Origin: Fimicolochytrium jonesii
Taxonomy: Eukaryota
Direction: 5' to 3'
Length of the DNA: 64,000 nt
NCBI RefSeq assembly: GCF_025526975.1
Contig: NW_026515695.1
Coordinates: forward strand, 1 to 64,000
This document shows positions 58,573 to 64,000 of the stretch, piece by piece; the stretch's first letter is position 1; the number at the start of each line of letters is the position of its first letter. The notes under the pieces are model-generated. The model was not told where the DNA came from, searched no databases, and saw only the letters and a list, made by a program, of their open reading frames with translations. The position numbers and the translations under genes were made by a program.

Positions 58573-60603
58573 TCACCCGTTTCGTTGTCGCTTCACGTTG
58601 CCGGCTGGGGTGGACGACGATGGCGTACCTACAGATGCGCGCTTCCGTGGCTGAAAGGAGGTAGCATGGTTGTAGAACGTAGATTAGGACAGGTGTTCCG
58701 CGGGCTGCGGTGAAACCACCAACACAAACGCAGACGCGTGAGTACTTACCACAGACGACCCCCCATCAACCGCCGCATTCCCCGCCACATCCCTCGCCCT
58801 AATCCTCAACTTATTCAACTCAAAGTCCACCTTATCGCCAACTTTCTTCAACTCGAGCAAAGTCTGGCAGTTCGTCTGCAGCTGGACAAACATCTCGCAC
58901 ACGTTGGCGGTTGGCATGTGCGGTTTGATATTGTGCTCGACGGAGAGCTCCCGCATCATGTCTTGGATGCGCGGGAGGAGGGATGCTTTGGGAGCGGGCA
59001 GCAGTTTTTGTGAGCGCGCGAAGACGCCGGGGCCCATGCGTTTCATCAGGGCGGAGGGTTCTGTTTACGTGGAGTGGAATGGGCGGTTAGATATCAGGTC
59101 CGTCAATGCATTTTGCCAGTGATTTCGGGATCGAGCCGGACATACCTTCGTGTTCCGGTGAGTCTTCGTCCTTCACTTTCCTCCTTCGAGCCGTTCCAGC
59201 ATCTCCGGGTAATATAGATGTCGGCGTGGCTGCATCATCTGCATCCACAGATGTATTCCTCCTCCCTGTTACCGTCAGCGACCTCCTCTTCTTCAGTTTA
59301 TCCAACGCCTTATCCGATGTGGGCAGGCCACCTGCCAGCGATGTTCCAATCATCTCTTTGACTACCGATCCCTTCAGTTCATTATCGCGTAGCAGCTGCC
59401 ACACGGTCTCGCGTTCCCTCAACAGCTTGTCCTCTTTCTGCTCACGCCTGCGGAGCTCATAGAAGAGGTGTTCTTCTTCGCGTATTTGTTCAGCGGTTCG
59501 AGAATATAAGATTTCGAGATTCTTCTTTCGCTCCAGTTCGCGGGGTTTGTTGAAGTTGTAAGGCGTCAAGTCGACGGCTGCGGTGCCTCTAGCGGCCAGA
59601 AGCGCGTGCGCGATGCCAAAGTAGCGCTCTCGTAGGTCCTACGGACAAACATCGATAAATCGCTCACGACACTGCTGGCCAGGAACTCGTTCACATACAT
59701 CTATTGTCCGCGTATGCCCGGGCCATTCGAAGCGATCTGCAATCACATGCCATCTTAAATCGAATGTTTTACAAAGTCCGTATAGGTGATCTGTCTCGGC
59801 CCTGGTCCATGGCGTCGACGCTGTCATCAAGAGATCTGCACTGCAAAAGTCAGATGCTTGCTGCTTTGAGCGCGGGTGCGGAGCGACCTACTTTTTACGT
59901 GTGCGTCGTACTCCGCGTCATCATATTGAACTACTTCCACCTGTTTGTTGAACGTCGCAAAGTAGTAGTCTGGGGACGACAGAGATCAATCATTTGTACT
60001 CTTTGCCGAGAACTTCCTAACATGGGCAGCAGTAATAGTCACCTGCTTCATCAGACGCCTTCACCCAGTGATGCAGCTCCAGATCGTCTTTCCGCGCGGG
60101 ATTCTTGAAAGGTTTCCACACCCTGCGAATGTTCCAAAGACCCTAAGTTCCAAGTTCCATCGCCGGCCAGATCATCTCATATCTATCCATTCTCGGGCGC
60201 GGAAACGAACCATGGTGACACGGTAATCTGCTTACTGAAGTTTGGTCTTGCTTTATATTTCTTCTTTGCGATAACAACTGGAGGTGCGCCTCCGGTTAGA
60301 GAGAGGAGTTCCCGGGTAAGAGCGTCTACGGGATGAAATGGAGCCCGCGGTGTCAGACAAGAACTTTGCATGCAGAGAGTTCATGGGGCGCTTTTGAACG
60401 GTGCAAATTCAAGCCTCGCACTGCCGACTTGCATATGCCCCAATTGCGTATAATCCCCGCTTCATATAGTACATACCGCCCTTCTTCTCCTTTGACTTCT
60501 CAGCGTTCACCGCTGCCCTAATGGAGCTCGTTGTGCTTGGGCCCGCGTCTTCCCCGGGCGCCGGCAACTGCAGAATGTCGCGCACATCGGAGGAGGACGC
60601 CAT
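58573..60603 (-). CDS. SWC4: Swc4/Eaf2/DMAP1 (NuA4/SWR1 subunit), multi-exon
   Basis: SSDVRDIL; REL.SL.G; F.NPAR.D.LEL.HWVK; SANT WTRAETDHL..LC..FDLRW.VIADRF; E.ERK..LE.L.SRT.EQ..EEE.L; MPT..VC..F..L. Confidence 0.92.
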
Positions 60604-60904
60604 TTCGAAGGGACCACCGGAGACTCACGCAGGAGGTGCTTGCTAAGTCAACGACGGGGACAGAAATATTGCCGCACATGGGGGTCTGAGATGGATGGCG
60701 AGAGCGTTGGGGGAGGAAAGGCAACTAATAAAAGCAAAAGCGCTTTGAACTACTCGTGTCAGTCATGCTTTGTCACGTGCGTGCCTTTACAACTCACGCA
60801 CTTTGCCCTTGTCGTTTTTGGAAGTTTTGGGGCCTCGCATTCGAGGATCCTCAAAAAAGCCTCGTCAAGTCGACGTCTAGGAGGGAGAACAAACAGGAAA
60901 AACC

Positions 60905-62364
60905 ATGCGCTTCATAACAGGGGACGAGGTCGGCCTCACGAAAATAATAGCACCGGCCCCACCACCGGAAAACGACCAGAATGACTGCCCCTCTAAACGA
61001 CGAAAAGCTAGCGAAAAGCCCCAAAAGGACATCGACGAACCCGCCGGTCCCAGAATGACAACCACGACTCTCGGCACCATGGACCGTGGCGGCGAAGTGC
61101 AGCTTATGTGCTGGGCGGTGTGGAAGACTCAGAGGGACACGGTGGTCGTGGCGAGGAAGGACGGACGGGTGCAGTATTTGCGGTTAGAGGACGGGAGCGT
61201 GGTGAGAGAGCACGTGGTCTTCCGGGAGAGGCGGGGAGAGGATGGGAAGGTGGTGGTGAATAAGTATAAGAAAGGGGAGCACTTTGTGGGGCTGCATGAT
61301 GTTGAAGGGTATGTATTCGCTTTGGGCGCGTTTCTGAAGGTGCGCATCGAAAACTGATATCCTCTCCATTATCCCACAGCACACTGGTCGCATGCACAGA
61401 TCTTGGTTTCGTCCACATCATCCCATCGCCAGAAAGCAACGCACCAACATCGCCGCTCCCATCCGGGACATTCACCACATCCCACGCCCTCACCTTCCGC
61501 GCCCGCCTCCACCCACAACACACCCACCTCCTCGCCACAGGCGGCGACGAATGCGATCTTACAATTTGGAACCTCGCCGAGCAATTCCCCAACACGACCA
61601 CCGAAGAAACGTCCACCACACCCCCACCAACCCAACTGACCGCCCACTGGACATCCAGAAACGTCAAAAACGACTTCCTCAACATCCGCGTTCCCGTCTG
61701 GATCACCGAGCTCGCTTTCCTCGACTCCACCGCAACCCGTCTCATTGTCGGAACCGGCCACCACCAGATCCGCATCTACGACACCACTCTCGCCCGGCGG
61801 CCTATCGTCGACATCACGGTTGGCACGCATCCCATTCGGTCCCTCGCTGTGTATCCCGTAGACAACGCAAGTGAAGGGGTGGTGAAGACGGTGTGCTCTG
61901 ATACGACGGGGCAGATGATGCAGGTCAATGTGGATTGTAAGGCAAAGACGGCGAAGGTTGTCGGGAAATATGCTGGGTTAGCGGGGGCGGTTACGGATGT
62001 GGCGATACCGGCGGGTGCGGAGACGGTGGTTAGTGTGGGGTTGGATCGGCTGTTGAGGGTGTTTGAGTTGGAGGGCGGGCGGAAGTTGGTGCAGAAGGTT
62101 TATTTGAAGCAGAGGCTTTGTAGGGTGCTTGTTGATGATACCGAAGCGGAGACGGCGGCGGTTGGGAATGCGAAGGGCCAGGTTGGGGCCACCGAAACTG
62201 CGACAGCTGGAAATGGGGACGAGGAGAGCGAAGCTGAAGACGACGACGTGTGGGCTGAGATCTCGGTGGTCGGCGGCAAACAATCGGCCACGAATGGAAA
62301 AGCAAAAAAGCGGAAATCCACATCGAAGGACGGCAAATCGTCCAAACGGAAGGGGGTCTCCTGA
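60905..62364 (+). CDS. NSA1: Nsa1/WDR74 ribosome biogenesis WD40 protein
   Basis: TGDEVG.TK; ATGGDE.DL.IW; W…NVKND.L..RVPVW; GTG.HQIR.YD…RRP; SVGLDR.LRV; KVYLKQRL. Confidence 0.9.
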
Positions 62365-62568
62365 TTATTCAACCCCGACCCTTTTTGCGTAATTTAAGTA
62401 GAGTCATATTGTAGGATAGCCCAGTTCATCCATCCCAAAATCTGTATATGTACATTTGCTCGAAAGCGGAGCGCGGCAGCTTTCGTAATAGAAATCAGAA
62501 GATCGGATGGCTTCTCCGGATTTGTCTGTTCGAGATGCACCTCGTCATCGTGCTCAACACTTCACACA

Positions 62569-63791
62569 TCAATCCGACGACTCAAACGGATGTTCCACCC
62601 TCTCCACCAAAACCTTCGGCCGACCACCCCCACCCCACTTCGTCCCACTCCTCACCGGCTCATTCGGCCCCACAACCCCCTCCACCTCCCCGTCCCCATC
62701 CACGATCATCCCATATCCCACCGGCGGCACAAAAACCGCATCATTCCCATCCCTCGGCGGGCCCACATCCGCATCCGTGACTATCATATGATTACCAACA
62801 TGCGGTACGACGGCTTCATCCCCAGCTTCAGAGACAGGCTGACGACGCTGTTTGGCGCGCTGGAGGAGGCCGCGGACACCTACTGACGGCGTGGAAGGGT
62901 TTTCGCTGGTTGTGGGGCGGGTGTCGCTGCCGAAGGCGAGCATGGGGAGGGGTGGGCCGGGGGATTTTTCGATGTGGAGGGGTTTGGGGGGCGGTGGGGT
63001 GGGTTTGGGTTTGGATGACTTTGGTTTTGGAGTGGGGGGATTGGAGGATGTGCTTGAGAGGGAGGAAGTGGACCCGGTTCTCGAATGCAGCTCGTTCTCC
63101 GAGTCGATCGACTTTGACGATCGGGTGATGCCTTTCTTCCCTTTCTTCGCCTTGTTCCCCTTCCCATTCTCGTTCCCGACTTTTTGTTGTTGCAACAATG
63201 TCGCTTTAGCCTCATCAGCCGCCTTCTTCTTCTCCCTCCGCTTCCGGTTGCGTTTCTGCGTTTTCGTCAATTTGCCCTGCGATTTGCTAGCCACTTTATC
63301 ATCTCCATCCGAATCATCCGAGTCAGCATCGTCAGAGTCATCATCATTCTCCTCCCGCCGTTTAGGCCTGATATCCTTCTCATCACTAACAACCATCCCC
63401 TTCAACACATCCACCGGCGGCGGCTGCTCTCCCTTTCCCGGGGCCGCGACACTATCCAACGACCCGCCACCACCAAACGGATGCGGCTCTTCCTTCTTCT
63501 GCTGGGCTTTCTCTTTTTTTTTGCTGGGTTTGGGCGTGGAGTGCGGTTCGAGGGAGAGTGGGCCGTGTAGCGTGCTTGTACGGTCGACGGCGGAGGTGGT
63601 GGTGGTGGCGTCGGCAGGGTGAATTTGAGATTTCTTGGGTTTCTTTTGTTTTTCGTTTGCTGTAAGATATACGGAATGAGATATGGTGCTGAGCACACTG
63701 TTTCTGGCCGTCAGGACGCAAGACATACGTCTTCACTGACTCTTACATTTTGTTTTCGTAACCGGAGTCTCAGCATCTCCGCCTTCGTCAT
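62569..63791 (-). CDS. Lys/Ser/Pro-rich hypothetical protein (start uncertain)
   Basis: Long low-complexity open frame from 62569 to ~63660, with a possible short first exon near 63747-63791. Confidence 0.5.
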
Positions 63792-64000
63792 CGCTTATGC
63801 GGTCGCCTTTCCGGTCAAAACAGGAGCAGAGGCGTCCCAGTCCCATTCTTGTTGATGCACTGGTATTACGTGTCTTGAATTGTAAGATGCAGCACGGTAT
63901 CGGGGTTCGCTGTCGGTTTGCGTTGCAGAAAAGAAGGGGTCTAAAAGCAGAAGACCAGACGGTTGGAGATTTGGGTGCCCGTTTTGCGCGCCCAGGGACC

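Overview
Eukaryotic, intron-rich genomic DNA, most likely from an early-diverging fungus (chytrid-like; inferred from short introns, fungal-type housekeeping genes and an AMT1/MTA1-type 6mA methyltransferase). About two dozen host genes are recognisable: thioredoxin, Air1/2-like zinc-knuckle protein, cystathionine gamma-synthase, Bmt6-like, Vps20, Ctr copper transporter, METTL21-like methyltransferase, hexokinase, SSXT/SS18-like, AMT1-like, Rvs167, Chm7, PKA catalytic subunit, SMAP-domain protein, PQ-loop transporter, Swc4/DMAP1 and Nsa1. Three accessory islands interrupt them. (A) ~74-6672: a near-intact seven-exon Fanzor (eukaryotic TnpB-like RNA-guided nuclease, ~754 aa when spliced by hand, RuvC D/E/D intact, one splice acceptor mutated). 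It has a conserved structured 3' tail (omegaRNA candidate) and sits head-to-head with a Tet-like 2OG-Fe(II) dioxygenase ORF, behind 98-bp hairpin tandem repeats and a possible imperfect TIR. (B) ~25.9-29.95 kb: a decayed second Fanzor copy, head-to-head with a GATA-like zinc-finger ORF, part of which has replaced the Fanzor middle as an inverted copy. (C) ~49.5-57 kb: a degenerate island that shares copy B's promoter/5' exon block but carries a divergent PD-(D/E)xK (Crinkler-REase-like) pseudogene and no visible Fanzor. The standout hypothesis is a Fanzor element family with an exchangeable divergent cargo slot, including a DNA-modifying dioxygenase. All family assignments are by-eye motif recognition; no searches were run.
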